DNA of 60,690 nt, the filler included, from Sphacelaria rigidula (taxonomy: Eukaryota), in NCBI GenBank assembly GCA_964200075.2. It is 7 parts of 7 records of this genome, joined end to end, with 100 filler letters (N's around TTAATTAATTAA, not from the genome) between each part and the next. Parts side by side here need not be neighbours in the genome. Positions count along the whole stretch, not along the records: positions 43,424 to 52,007 come from CAXNAA020010698.1; positions 52,108 to 60,690 come from CAXNAA020010699.1; 5 more parts are not named here. One strand, 5' to 3'. This document shows positions 48,001 through 60,310 of the stretch, one piece after another. Within the stretch, counting starts at the first letter, position 1. Every line of letters starts with the position of its first letter. The notes beneath the pieces are model-generated. The model saw nothing but the letters and a program-made list of their open reading frames with translations. It had not been told where the DNA came from and ran no database searches. The translations under genes were made by a program, and so were the position numbers.

Positions 48001-49718
48001 TTTTTGTCTGTCTGCGACCATTGACCATATATTGTCCAGGGTGTAAACTGATTCTACCTGGTATCTCCTGGTTTTGGGGGGGCAGCATTTCGAAATTTAT
48101 GAAGTACCATTTTTAGTTGATTTTCCTTGAAAAAGACGTTTGCTGTTATCGTCGGTTGGTGAGCCCCATGAATCGAACATTGTTCGATTATCTATTCTAG
48201 AGTTGAGCATATTGGAATGGGATGCTTCAAACGTGTTTGAAATGGCATGAATTGGCTACGTTTCTCACGCTACTTCCGTCGGTGCTTGGGAACACTGTTC
48301 CCTTCTTCCGCGTCTCACTGTCAGCTACGGAATGCAAACCTGATCTCCTCTCCCACCAGACCGTTTCGAGAATATGGATGTGATTGTGGGTAAGACTTCA
48401 ACTTCTGACTGACGTTCAGTCGGTGTAAATCAGTCGCAGGCTGTTGTTGGAGATCACGTGGAGGGTCTGAAAACATGTAGGACATGGTGACTGTACTATG
48501 TACTAAATATGTGACTGCCCTATGCATGGTAGTATGCACTTTCATCCCTGTACTGCTGTGTCATACAGCATGTACTTCTGTAGTGTTGAGATCTTGCACT
48601 AATAAGATCCGCACGCATCAAACCACATGTAAAAATTGCGCACACACACACACACACACACACAAACACATAGAGCATAGGGAGGTCACATACTCCACAG
48701 ACACAATGCTTCTCTCTAGTGTATACAAAAGCTATGAGTTGAGCAGCTCCCATCTTTCCTGTAGGTTAACAATCCTGCAGATGGTGGTGTGCACATACAC
48801 AGAGGACTTTCTCGGGCTGAGCACGTGTTGAACATGATATACCTCATACTCGCCTCAAACGTCCAAATTTCACGGAGTTACATCTACCTGCGAAGTGACA
48901 AAGAGGGAGCAAATAGCAGCGACCCCCCCCCCCCCGCGCCCCCCTGCCTGCCTTTTACCCAGTGATCCAAGATATCCTTTTGGATTCCGGCTGAGCACTT
49001 TCGATCGCGGTCCTTGCCCTTGAAAAACAGATTGGTTTCGAAGTTGCCCAGAGCAACGCGGCCTGGCTACTTGACTCCGCCCACTGTGGAGAAGGATCAG
49101 GGGGGATCGAGGCAATTTCACATGGCAGTGAAGCTCACAACGGAACTTCACCAGAGGTGGTTTGCCAAAAGAGGCGAGTGTTAGGTTCGAAGGCGTAGAA
49201 CACTCCGTCCACCAGCGGGGTATGGCGACATGATGGTTTTGGTGTGTGCTGCGGCAGTGGTGGTCGGTGGATAGCGATCTACTTGTCGTACTGCGAGGCG
49301 TTACCGGGATCAGCTAGTGCAGCAACGACGTTGTTGTTGTTGTTGTTGTTAGTGTTAGTGTTAGTGTTAGTGTTAGTGTTAGTGTTGTTAGTGTTGTTGT
49401 TTGTGGTGTTTGATGGTTGTGGTGTTGTGAAGACGTCTTGTGTTGCCGACGGGTACCAGCTGTTGACAATTCTGCAATGGCACAAAGTTGTCATGTTGAT
49501 CACAGGTCCGCTGGGGCATCTCCCGTCGTACACGCGCGGGTGCATGAGCACTCGTTTTTACTCCCCTGGATGCAGTTGTCTCAGTTATTGCTGAAACCGG
49601 GCTGTGCGGTGTGCGCTTCTCGGGTTGTTACAGGGCGCTACGAATGTATGAACACGCCGCTAGGCAGGGGCGTGCAGCGGCTGAGGTCAAAGTGGGCGAC
49701 TTCCACTACTTCGGAAAG
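43737..49718 (+). CDS. SEL1L: SEL1-repeat ERAD adaptor (SEL1L/Hrd3-like), internal exons join(43737..43889,44264..44476,45408..45536,49031..49173,49634..49718); partial at both ends
   Basis: The spliced peptide reads AMNGLGYLFYHG..VPQDFPRALECFEMA..LFNLGL|LFKG..KDLVKARSYFEAAATRGHVEAAFQAA..ECQ|FAVQFLKMVVEKGPW..ALNRYVEGDHGGALVLYSRLAE|IGFEVAQSNAAWLLD..CQKR|ALRMYEHAARQGRAAAEVKVGDFHYFGK. It follows the SEL1L/Hrd3 signature 'AE-xG-(Y/F)EVAQSNAA-x-(I/L)LD ... K(L/V)GD(Y/F)H'. All exon phases are compatible. Confidence 0.9.
47447..48041. mobile_element. CCCTGGACAA-family MITE nested in the foldback arm
   Basis: CCCTGGACAA...TATGGTCAA...AGACAAAAA at the left end and TTTTTGTCT...TTGACCATA...TTGTCCAGGG at the right end. 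Confidence 0.7.
47530..47908 (-). mobile_element. tRNA-derived SINE with a tandemly duplicated Pol III head
   Basis: Minus-strand heads at 47843-47908 and 47746-47812: GCCCCGG(T/G)GGTGT(A/C)ATG..CCGAC...GGTTCGATTCCCGATG (A box plus a perfect B box), followed by a ~200-nt body also found at 18220-18392. Confidence 0.8.
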
Positions 49719-49772
49719 GTGAAAATACAATACAGGCTGGGCCCACCAAGACGCGATTTTGTTGTTTACATA

Positions 49773-50027
49773 CCCCGTCTCACCTCAATTTTGCGAGTTA
49801 GACTCCGAAATCGGGTAGGGAGGAAGGGTTGGGCACGCTAAAACGCTGTCGCGCGGGACGCAAAAGTCAGTTAACGGTGTTTTCCTGATATCAAGATACT
49901 AAGTATTGCCCTTCACTCAAAAAAGCTTTTGCGTCCCGCGCGACAGCGTTTGAGCATGCCCTATTCTTCGCCCCTACCAAAAAAAAATTCGAAGTCTAAC
50001 TCGCAAAATTGAGGTGAGAAACGGCGC
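49773..50027. mobile_element. Palindromic foldback MITE just downstream of a SEL1L exon
   Basis: TCTCACCTCAATTTTGCGAGTTAGACT / AGTCTAACTCGCAAAATTGAGGTGAGA and AAACGCTGTCGCGCGGGACGCAAAAG / CTTTTGCGTCCCGCGCGACAGCGTTT. Confidence 0.82.
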
Positions 50028-50250
50028 TTTAGAAACCGGGCCGGGCAAAACTCGGAACAATATTTTCGAGGCCGTTTACCGGCCCAGGTCTGGTACTTCT
50101 GCCTCGGATCTTTGTGTGGGACCTCGCTGGGCCACAACCGACCAAAAAAAAGTGGGAAATATTGATATTAATTACTACATTCGCTTGCTTAGGATGCTTT
50201 AGTATGGTGAAGAACATATTTTCACGAGAAGGCCCGGCCCGTATCTCTCA

Positions 50251-50727
50251 GGCCGCTCCTTGTAACAGACAAAAATAAAAAACTGGAAAAGTGCCTTTTT
50301 GGAGCTTTCACGTTGTTTTACGCGCCAAAAGAGAGCTCGGCGCAGTTTGACACCTTCGCATGACTTGCTCTACTAGTTGAGGCGGTTCCAGGATATCTTC
50401 CTGTTTTCCGGTTGCCGCACTTTTTATTTTGGCCAAACAAGAATTTTTATCGCAGAACGGTAAAAAACTGTCGAATCTAGAAAAAATCGCCACTTTTCTC
50501 TGGACTTGCCTTTTTTACCGTTCTTGAAGAAAAATTCTTGTTTGACCAAAATGAAAACTGCGGCCACCGGAAAACGGGAAGATGTCCTGGAACCGCCTCA
50601 ACTAGTAGAGGAAGTTATTCCAACGTATCAAACTCCGCCTAGCTCTCTTTTGGGGCGTAAAACGACGTGAAGGCTCCAAAAAGGCAACTTTCCAGATTTT
50701 TATTTTCATCTGTTGCAAGGAGCGGCC
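50251..50727. mobile_element. Foldback MITE with ~215-bp inverted arms and a 3-bp TCA target duplication (PIF/Harbinger-like)
   Basis: TCA|GGCCGCTCCTTG ... CAAGGAGCGGCC|TCA. Inner pairs include CTCTACTAGTTGAGGCGGTTCCAGGA / TCCTGGAACCGCCTCAACTAGTAGAG. Confidence 0.85.
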
Positions 50728-52007
50728 TCAGAAAAAAAATGAAGGACACATTTTTTGTTTTTTGTTTTTTTGGCATGCCTTTGCAATCCTCCATGATAAG
50801 TTTCAAATATCAATTGTTGATATTGAGCTAAAAAAACTAAGATCAGATCCAAGAGCACTGTCCATTTTTCCTTTAAATTTCCCTGAAGAAACAAAGAAAA
50901 TGAAGAAAAATGAAGTCAAACGAAAAACGATGTTTTTTCTCTCAATTATGCAGTGGCGATTCTTCAAGCGAAATTTCAAAGCACAACTCTCAAAAACTGA
51001 GACGGAATATCCAGATTTAGGTCACTAAGTGCCTCTGCTTGAAATTTATTGATTTTAGTATGGAAACTTATGTGCGCCATATCTCGAGACAGATATCGAA
51101 TTACGCAAAAGTGGAGGTATTCATCGTTTCCCCGTTCTCCAGGAAATATCCACACCAAAAATCGTTATCATCCGCTGTATATATCGTTCGGGTTTTCATA
51201 CTGACTTCAGTATTGACGCTATCTCCGTGCGGTATAGTAATTACTAGACATGGGATTTAATCAACGAGAAAAAAATGGCCCAGACTGAGCACATGGGCAT
51301 TTTCCCCATGATGAGACGATTAATACGATATGCAGATCACGACCCACCTCGTCTGTGTCGATGAGATATTGCTTTGAAAGCTTAAATCCGCGTCTAGGCC
51401 GGCCCAGCTCGTATAGAAACGCAACGAACATGCCCATTTTTTATTTTCCTTGTGCAACACGGCGAGTACCAATACTTCCTGTTCCAGCTGTCCCTTCTGG
51501 GATCATCCCAAAACGTGCTATTGTTTTTTGTTTGTTTTCAAAACGAAAACGAAAGCACCCTCCTGTTTTATTTGCGGGGAAGTCATCACGCGTTCACTCC
51601 CTCTCTCCCCGTGTTGAAGCCGCGCACGACCGCCCCATTCCCCCTCTTCCCGTCCCCTCGTCTCCGGTCAAGTGATGTTCGTTTTGTGAAGTAGTGTAGA
51701 GTCTGTTCTGGGTTCTGATGGTTTGGTGGTCGATTTTATGGGCACTGCATGCACTTGAATGCAACTTTAATTTGACAACCAAACTGCGCCGCCGAGCACG
51801 ATGGCGGGTTATGTGCAACACTCTCGCGCCAACACACCGAACTGTCGTTTTCGAACGTCGAGCCTTATTGTGTTGCAAGTTCCTGCCTCCGCTTTGCCGT
51901 GGTTTTTTTCATCATGGAATTTTCCGTTGCCCCCCCCCCACCCCTTTGGCCCAAAACACATCAGAGAAAAATGGGACAGATAAAAAGAGAATAACCTTCA
52001 ACACCAC

Positions 52008-52107
52008 NNNNNNNNNNNNNNNNNNNNNNNNNNNNNNNNNNNNNNNNNNNNTTAATTAATTAANNNNNNNNNNNNNNNNNNNNNNNNNNNNNNNNNNNNN
52101 NNNNNNN
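52008..52107. other. Artificial contig-joining spacer
   Basis: 44 N + TTAATTAATTAA + 44 N. Confidence 0.98.
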
Positions 52108-52583
52108 TATTACCAAAAAAAAAAAAGAGCGACACCACGAAAACCGGTGAGAAGTAGCTCCCCCGAAGTCAACGGGGAGAGAAAAGAAAGAAAGAAAAAA
52201 CAAAAAAACAAACAACAAACGCCAGATCTGTCAAAAGTGTATACCGAAAGAAAGGAAGAGAGAAGATCAAAAAGGACAAAAAAACAGGAAAAGACTATAT
52301 AGCGTGTAAATACTCCCTACGTCAACAACTAACACTCGAAACTCAAGCATGGCTATCAATTACGGGAGTGTAGGTTAAAAGTGGCGTGCATACTGGTGGT
52401 CAAGGGTTAAGATCTCACGAGAACGAACTCACGAACACGGTGTTGAGGTTTCATGAATCTACCCGAGTATTTCCTCAACCCCCCATGTTGTTAAGACGTG
52501 GTGTTTATTCAAATCGTGGGCGCATACAAAACAAGAGGATATCAATGTTAGCGAGCAATCTAGAAGGGCCACTTCATCCCCAC

Positions 52584-55035
52584 CTTAAAGTAGGCCATCT
52601 CCACCCCTGCCATCCAAGTTGCAAGGGGCGCCGCCCGCCGGGTAAACACCGCTAAACCAGGAATCATAGCGTCGTCAGGAAGCGATGCGTCAAGTGGGCA
52701 TAATCTGGGTAGAAACAACGCGGAAAAACAAGAAGGAAACACAGCAAAGTGTGAAATCCTTGAACAAAAGAGTGAGGAGAAAAACAGTGGCGTCAAAGCC
52801 AACTGCTTCAGCTTTCCTTACTCGGCCGAAACTATGAGCGCGATGTACCTTGCATTGCGCAACAGTGTGGCGCGGAAGTCAATTCGGCGCAGGGTAAAAC
52901 CACGGAGCAGTTGGAAGAGTATTTCGGCATGCTACAACAGATTCGACCTCCGGTACTGCAAGAGATTTGTCACACAACGCACGGCATGGAGTTCATCGAG
53001 GCCACTTTTCCCCCTATAACAGTTCATGGACGTTTTAGGCACGGTGGACCCATGAAAACTGGCAAGGAAACGCACACTCCTAAAATACTCGGCACATTTG
53101 AGGGATAACAACGCCGGCTGCAGCCCACGAGGATCAATCACCTCAACCTAGTACTACAGATATGGCGGTGCGGCGGAGCGGCCTTGTAGAGTGTGCAGTT
53201 CGTAACAGTATGTACTTAGCGCGTCACCTGCCGATTCCGACGTTCTCCGTATTGATATTTCCGTTGCGGAACTCAGACACAGGCAGGGTCACGAACGCGT
53301 ACTGCTCCCCTCGCAGCGCGTCTGGAAGGGCTTTCGGCGTCTGAACAAGAGCACAACAGAGAGAGGACAAGGACTACGTTACAGGGATGCTGTTTTGATA
53401 TTGGCCGTTCTTTTTGGCGTGCTCTTCACGTCGCTGTTGGAACAAGACGAAATTTGATCGGACAAGAAATTTCTCGGAACTGTCTTATCTCAAACTAACG
53501 CTAAATCTGACCCCAACTCCAACCGAAGGCATCTCAAGAACCCTCCGGCGAGGGGGGTGCAAAGTATTCCCCAGGCAAAGCGTGGCGTTCATGGCCCTTA
53601 AATCGACGCTGCACGCGCGGATTTAGACAAGAACGCGTTGTGCGCCCGCTACCTGTAGGAGCACTTGGGACTGTCAGCCCTACAAAGACCATTTTTTATG
53701 GGGACAACTCCCGAATCTGCAGACCTCAATCTGTGCAAAATCGGGATGACACATATCTGCGAAGTCAGACTTGTAGTGGCCCCCTTACGGTTACAAGATT
53801 CGTTGAGCTAGTTCTGTACACGGAGTCATTTTCTGCAGGGTGTGGAATCGCATTTTTATTAGTGAAGCCGAAGAACATGCAGGCACTGAATCATCCTTCA
53901 AGTGCAGCGTCGTACCATGGTACCCTAGTATATAATACAGTGCAGTACACTCCACCATCACAGAACATGATACGCCGTGGGGTAATACATGATGATACAG
54001 TCAGTATTGCGAGGACTGTACGAGAGCAGTGCAGTACGACTGCGATGCCGTATATCACCCTGCAAGTACAGCGACAACACACAGTAGGATAGTGCAGCAC
54101 CGTTCGTTACGTTGATGCATACGGCAGTGCGGTGCAGTGTAGAATTCCACCATCGTCCCAGGATACGGCGTCAATAGTTCTTATCCGCTTGATAAACCCC
54201 GTACGCGCTACCTATGCTACGATTCTGCTCCAGCAGCTGTTGGGGGTAGCCACGGCCTATGCTGACACGAGGCTGTCTGCGGCTGCAGTTTCAACGGATC
54301 AAATACCTACGCTTAGGCCCTCCTCCATACCCTCACCCTAATATCAAAGAACGACGCCTGCTTCATGGTAGGTTTAAAACCCGGCATGTTGGGGTAGACG
54401 TCTCGCTCCCGCTCCTCTAACCACTGGTACATGGCGTACGTCGTCCTACACGGCTTCACAGCCACCTCCACCTCCTTGAGTGCAATCTCCATCATGTTGC
54501 GCATGGCGCTGCGGAAGAACCGGATGACGGTGGGCCGTGAACCACCTGGGGCGGAGTCAATTACGCTTTCGATGATCTTGCGCACCTCGCGCGAGTTGAC
54601 CATGTTGCTTGGAATGGGCGCCACGTACCTGAAGCTGCCGGTCGAGTCGCATATGAGAAGCTCCCACAGCTTCTTACCGTCTGCACCTAGGACCGGCCTC
54701 GAGTAGACGTCAAGCTCCCACTCATCGCTAATTTTAGCCCCGGGAGAAATGATCGTTTGTGGCTCTTCTGGCACAGCCGGCGCGATCGATGAAGATTCTG
54801 ACGAAGGTGGCGACACAGACGATGCTGCTGCTGCGGCCTCTGGGCTCGACATGGACAGTCCCTCCCGCCGTCGCGCAGCATGTGCGGTAGTTGCAGGTGT
54901 GTTCCTGTCATGTTTCTGACATGTTGTAGTTGGGGATATTCGGCGAGCTGTTGCTCCTGACAGCGGTGCCACGAAACCTACAGCAGGAACAGTACAAAAG
55001 GCAATTCCTGCCAACACTGGGATGCCAGGCCACAT
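52584..55035 (-). CDS. TAB2: Plastid-targeted Tab2/ATAB2-family RNA-binding protein; exons complement(join(52584..52704,53228..53340,54337..55035)); 3' part is off the contig
   Basis: WELDVYSRPVLGADGKKLWELLICD...VNSREVR...IRFFRSAMRNMM...PCRTTYAMYQWLEERERDVYP.MPGF, then TPKALPDALRGEQYAFVTLP, then IPGLAVFTRRAAPLATWMAGVE: Tab2 family motifs in order. GT-AG introns with compatible phases (0, 2). The N-terminus MWPGIPVLAGIAFCTVPAVG|FVAP is a signal peptide followed by a Phe-initiated transit peptide. Confidence 0.92.
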
Positions 55036-55217
55036 GACGATCCCTGCTAGCGAGCCTCAACTACCGTTGTAAAAGCGGCGCCTAGGTCGAGGTTGGAGGC
55101 TGGAAAATAAGTGAAGGAGACCGGCTACATGGTTAGGTTATGACAAACGTTGAAAGTAATTATATTTAATTGTTACACCATACCAATCCTGATCTGAGAT
55201 CACAAAGGGGTACTCGT
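55036..55217. promoter_or_regulatory. Very compact putative bidirectional promoter between TAB2 and the monooxygenase
   Basis: Divergent start codons ~180-215 bp apart, with an AT-rich core AAAGTAATTATATTTAATT at ~55153-55171. Confidence 0.55.
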
Positions 55218-56091
55218 ATGGAGCCTGCGCAACTATGGTCGAGGCTGAGCATGTTCAGGTGGAAGATTTTGGTATGCTGGATGTTTATACCCTTGCTTGG
55301 GGCGGCACTGAAAGCTAAGCCTCATCTACAAGGAGTGAGTACTTGGACGTTAGATTTCAGTCGGAGACATGTTTCTCACGTTCGCATATCCGGGTCGATT
55401 CAGTCGAAGTTACATGTGCCCGCGCAACCCTCTCAAAACTCAGCACTCGACCACTGTACTGACTGTATACTTGTTGTGCATTCCATCACACTCTAGTCCA
55501 CCGCAGGACCACAGTGTTATAAATCTTGTAGACATTGCGCAGAACGCGTAGGGGGAGGGTAGAGCGGACCGGAGAAGAATAAGCATAACCGTGATTCGTT
55601 CTCATTCTCCCGATGATGCTGTGTTTGGGACTAGCTGAACTTCAATGTAGTACAACTTTCTGTTGTACTGATATACAACATGCGATTCCAGCACACAACA
55701 GAATACCCCGCAATTTGAAGAACGCTTGAACGCACAACTTTCAACTTTCCAAACGTCAAACACTTTAAACACAGAACAAATATAGTGCCCACTACTTCTG
55801 TGGTCGTCAGTGGGATGACAACACAAGAGTGTCTGTATCGCTCACAGTTGATCATGTTCCTTGTTCATCCTACACCATTGCACAGCTGAATGTGGCGATT
55901 GTGGGGGGAGGTACGGCAGGTCTCGCGAGCGCCGTGTCCCTGCAGAAAATAGCCGGCGTGAAGGCTACGGTATATGAAGCAGAAAATGGCTTCGGGCAAG
56001 GCGGCTTTGGACTGGCTCTATGGCCCAATGGATTACGCGCATTGCATCACATTGACGTAGCCCTACATGATGAAGTCGTGCGCTCCGGCAG
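55218..56091 (+). CDS. FAD-dependent monooxygenase (aromatic-ring hydroxylase / zeaxanthin-epoxidase-like superfamily), exons join(55218..55334,55886..56091); 3'-partial
   Basis: Exon 2 LNVAIVGGGTAGLASAVSLQKIAGVKATVYEAE...GFGLALWPNGLRALHHI carries the GxGxxG Rossmann motif and the group A flavoprotein monooxygenase 'G-x-x-L-x-PNG-x-RAL' motif. Exon 1 is hydrophobic (MFRWKILVCWMFIPLLGAA) and ends GGA|GTGAGT in phase 0. Start at 55218 or 55251. A possible further exon begins near 59446 (tentative). Confidence 0.8.
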
Positions 56092-58597
56092 GTGAGGATT
56101 GCTTGGTCCTACCGTCGGTATGTTGAACATATTTTCGTATTTTTCTGGGCTCCCAGGGAAACACACAAAGGCCAATGTGAACTGTTAGGCAACGGCGCGC
56201 AGGACAAGCAAGTATTACTGTCTGTTGTAATTACGGAATGTTGTGGCTGTTGCGTGTGCATGGTTGAGGCTCGCGGACTACCTTAGGAATCATAGGATGA
56301 AGCCATCTGTTTTGTCCCCTCAACCGCCTTTTTCGTCCTGTCCTGTCTGAGACACAGATATTTCACACCCGTCGGCGCACCGGAGCTCTCAGGCACGTCT
56401 TCGAGATGAACCCTCAAACTCGGCGTAGGGTCCCTAGCAACACATTGCACCAATGACATGCAGTTGGATCTTCAGTCACTCGCTATTACATGCTTGATAT
56501 TTGCAACACACACCGTCGGTGCCAACGTCCCTGACCGCCCACGTTGGGGTCCCTTCACACGTCTCTCAGGGTGTGTCTCAGAGCGTGTCCTCCAGCACAA
56601 AATTTGCATTTTCCGCCGCACCCTTTCAATCGACAAATATGTTGCTGAAGGCCGTTTTTGAGGTGTTATTCAGGGCCGTGTCTTATTAGCACATAATTCT
56701 TCGATCGGGAAAGGGCAGTGGAAAACAAAAATCCCCATCTCATAGGTCGTGATTTCAACCATCTTCAAAATTAACGACGAATGTTGAAATACAACCGATC
56801 AGATCGAGATTTTTGTTTTCCACCGCACAATTTTGATCGAAAACTAATGTTTTCTACAAAGGACGCATTTCATTGGCACGCTACATTCCGCCAATCCCTT
56901 ACTGAAGGGCCTCCGACTGGTTGGATTTCACATTTCACTACAAATATCTATCCCCATGTATCGGCGTGATGCCGAAAATTTGAACTGCAATGCAGCACCT
57001 CGTATAGATGCTCTTGCGTGTACGCCATGGCGCTCGCCAGCGTTCGAGAGTAATCAGGTACCTTGCCAATCCCGAGAAATTAGGAGATATTAAGAAAACA
57101 CTGTCGATGATGATGGGCCTAAGACACGGCCTTGGCCCATCATTTTTCGATCGAAAAAGTGCGGCGGAAAAGAGAACATCATATCTGATGCGAGTAGGTC
57201 GACATTTCGAAAATTCCGATGTGATGGGTCGTCGTTCATGTCGTTCATGTCGAAGTCACTTGTGTGGACACGTCGACCAACCAGATCAGAATTTTCCTTT
57301 TCCACCGCACCTTTTCGATCGGAATATAATTTGCGAAGACACGGCCTCAAGCCCCAGAACAGTCCGACCAAAATCCGGTCGTTGTCGGACAGGTTTTTCG
57401 AACACCATTTCTTCTTGGACTTTTTCTCCTGGAAAAAATGTTTGATGAACAAAGGTGCTATATATTTCAATTCAGACATTACACCCAAAACATATCTATG
57501 AGCCCAAATTTGGCGGAGGGGATGCGAGGTTCTCTTTATCCAAGTAGTTAGTCTGTCAGACTTGTTCAAACTCCTGAGAATGAAGTTGACTCATGCCTCG
57601 TAAGCATGTATGTCCCTGAAGTCGAAGCAAGGACGAACTCAAACTGTATGCTAGATTTCGGTGAGAATCGACCGCAAGTCAGAAAGGTTGAACTGATGTG
57701 GTAATTGAAAAAGCTCAGAAAGGCGGCTGAATTGTTTTCTGAGGCTGTGCCGCACCCTACCGAGGGGTTCAGAAATACGTCAGCTCACGAAACCGACTGT
57801 CATTGTGCGTTGGAACACTCCTGCAGCTGATGAGCAGCTGCATACTGCTTCAATCGCGATTTTTGGACTATATGCGATCTTTTCTTGAAGGTCAAAAATT
57901 TAGGGGATGGGGAAGGTAGCCGGGAGGGGGCGGGGAATGGTTCCGCAACTGAGAGGTATGGCACTCCTCGTGAGACATTACAAAAAAAAAACTCAACGAA
58001 AGCCGTCTCTCGGACAGTCGTTTGATATACCCCCACTTTTAAAAGTGGATCTGACCTGTTCGAGAGAACGATATAGCCGAACACGCCTCCATATGCACGC
58101 GGCCGGTTTGGAATGAAAATCGAGTCAGACTCTACGGAGACCATCTGTATATATCTGACCAGAAGCCCGTAGCCGTCAGGTTGGCCATGATGCGCCAGGT
58201 TCGCAACAACATAGCGATCGTGGTGAATCCGATGGCCGTCAACGACAAAATCGTGTTGTTGATGGCGACTAGTCATAGGGGACTACTGACTGACTGTGCA
58301 TTATCCTTGACGACGAATTGCCAATACGTTGACGCTGCCTCCTGCCCTCGCGATGCAGTGTCTGGGGATTATGTAGTAGCTCCTCTGCGCGACAAGATGT
58401 ACATGCTATTCTATCTTGTTCACTGTTTGCATGCAATCTGCAAATATGTGGTCGCTGACCAAGTACAACATCGCCTCCGAAAATTTACGCCTGCCAGCTG
58501 TATTGTTATTTGGTGTTCTTTTGTTCCAGTATATTCATGCGTACGACTGTCCCTCAAGAGTCTGCGTACGGCGGGAGTGTGCCTGGCCGATGATAAC

Positions 58598-58987
58598 CCG
58601 GCATGAAATTCCGAGGTTGTGTTCTGTAGGGTACGGGTATGTTATGTAGGGTACGGGTATGTTATGTAGGGTACGAGATTCTTACAGATCTTACAGAACA
58701 GACGGGCACCCGTATGGAAGCCTTACAGAACTTACAGAGCGGTAGGGTACTGGTGTGGAATTCTTCCAAAACTCAACATAATTTGTGGGTTACGGTACAG
58801 ATGTTGTATATGGACCCTTACCTACAACCGGGTAAATCTATGAGGGTATCCCATGCTCCGGGAAAGGGTAAACATGTCGTGCAGGTCATACACAAAACTG
58901 TCGGGTACGGGTAATACCCGGGTAAACACCCCGTGCATACCAAAAATCGTACCCTACAGAACGCAACCTTGGATTTTTCCGTCACGG
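58598..58987. mobile_element. MITE with GGGTACGGGTA subrepeats; related fragment at ~11830-11910
   Basis: Inverted ends TCCGAGGTTGTGTTCTGTAGGGTACG / CGTACCCTACAGAACGCAACCTTGGA, with an internal 20-bp tandem TGTAGGGTACGGGTATGTTA. TATTACCCGTACCCGACA at ~11847 is the reverse complement of ~58899-58916. Confidence 0.7.
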
Positions 58988-60310
58988 TAGGGATGTGAGA
59001 TGCTGTGTTTTTGCCTTGGAATAGAGTGTACAAGTAACACGTGTGTCTTGATTTCGAAACCCTCATGAATGTGTACATATGTGTGAGGAAATGGTATAGC
59101 CGGCGTAAACCCGGCGGGTAAAATAGTCCAACCTAGTAGGGGTAAAGGGATAGACCATGTGGTTTTTATTTTCTTGGTGGGTGATCTTTGGTTCTTGAAT
59201 TTGGTCATGTTTGCTTGGCTTCGCGAACGTCGTATCGAGTGGGAGCGATGGGCCCCATCTCCTGTAGTCCGAGTAGTCGCCTGCGGCATTTCATCTTGGG
59301 GGTTTTATCGCTGGTACTTATTTTATTGAATCGCGTCTGTGTTGATTAATCTGGGTTCTGTTTCATTTCTAATTCTTAATTTTCTTATACCATATTTTTG
59401 ATGGTTAGCCTGTGGCCACAAAAGGCATCCGTATCAGATTCCAGGTACGAATATCAGAAGGTACTGCGCAAAGACGGAACGATTGTTAATGTGAAGACGA
59501 CAGCACCAGCACCAGCAACAACAACTGGCTTGCAGACCTCGAACCCCATAAGAGGCAGTGCTCAAACAGATACAGCACAAAATCAGTCTCCAGAAAACTC
59601 AACATTTTTCTCAAACTGCTATTAATACTAGGTATTCCCATGTTCCATCGTGCCTACCTACACCTATATGCCCCGCATGACATGCGTCATGCTAACATAG
59701 GACGTGGGTCACTACTATTGGTGTTAGGCCAGCTGGCGTGGATGCATTCAATGAGCCCTGTGGGCTGGGGCCAGATTTCCCAGCCGATGTCTCTAAGTTC
59801 TGTCCTCAGTCAACGTTCTAGAAGGTGAAGCTTAACGCCTTGTCTCCTACAGAGGGAACCCGACCTCTCGTCATTTCGCCGCGGAATTTCGAGACTAAGC
59901 ACTCTCTCTAGCATTGAATTTTCATCACATCGCTCAAATTCTCAAGCTCGATATGAAGCGGCCTCAATTCCACATGAATGCCGTACAAATATTCATCACG
60001 TGTGCCATTGCACCTCCATTATTCAAAATGCTCTCAGTCGAGCCAAGTGAACACTTCGACGCATGCTCACCCGCCGACAAAACCACCGCGGATGAGCCCT
60101 GCTAGGAACACCTCCACCTCGATATGAGTGGTTACGCTTATTCAGTAAAGCGTTGCGGAAATGGCGCACCTCGGTGTGGACAGTCAGTTTATAACTCTGC
60201 CGTAAAACGGTCGAAAGCTGGTCCAAGATTGGTCGAAAGCTGCCCTGGAAGCGTCGGGCTCGCGTGTTGCGTTTCGTCTCTTTACCGATACGAAGTATGG
60301 GATACCCCCA

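Larger units (their letters stand above)
46165..48100. mobile_element. Large foldback element (inverted arms ~46200-46635 and ~46975-47445) in the SEL1L intron; right arm interrupted by nested insertions
   Basis: Inverted pairs TGTGCTGCACCCGTGCCT / AGGCACGGGTGCAGCACA, TCGCCTCATACGGCCAT / ATGGCCGTATGAGGCGA, CCACCGGAACCCGCCGT / ACGGCGGGTTCCGGTGG and ACCAATCAC / GTGATTGGT. The arm seems to resume after 48043 (GGTTTTGGGGG versus CCCCCAAAGCC at ~46181). Confidence 0.8.

Noticed and set aside
48324..48388. Candidate extra SEL1L exon (CAG|...|GTAAGA)
   Set aside because: The peptide has no SEL1 similarity and its length would break the phase; exon 45408-45536 joins 49031 directly to give the conserved LAE-IGFEVAQSN motif.
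3150..49718. Apparent ERAD/proteasome cluster (PSMB3 plus SEL1L/Hrd3 in one window)
   Set aside because: The genes lie on different contigs joined by artificial spacers, so co-occurrence is chance.
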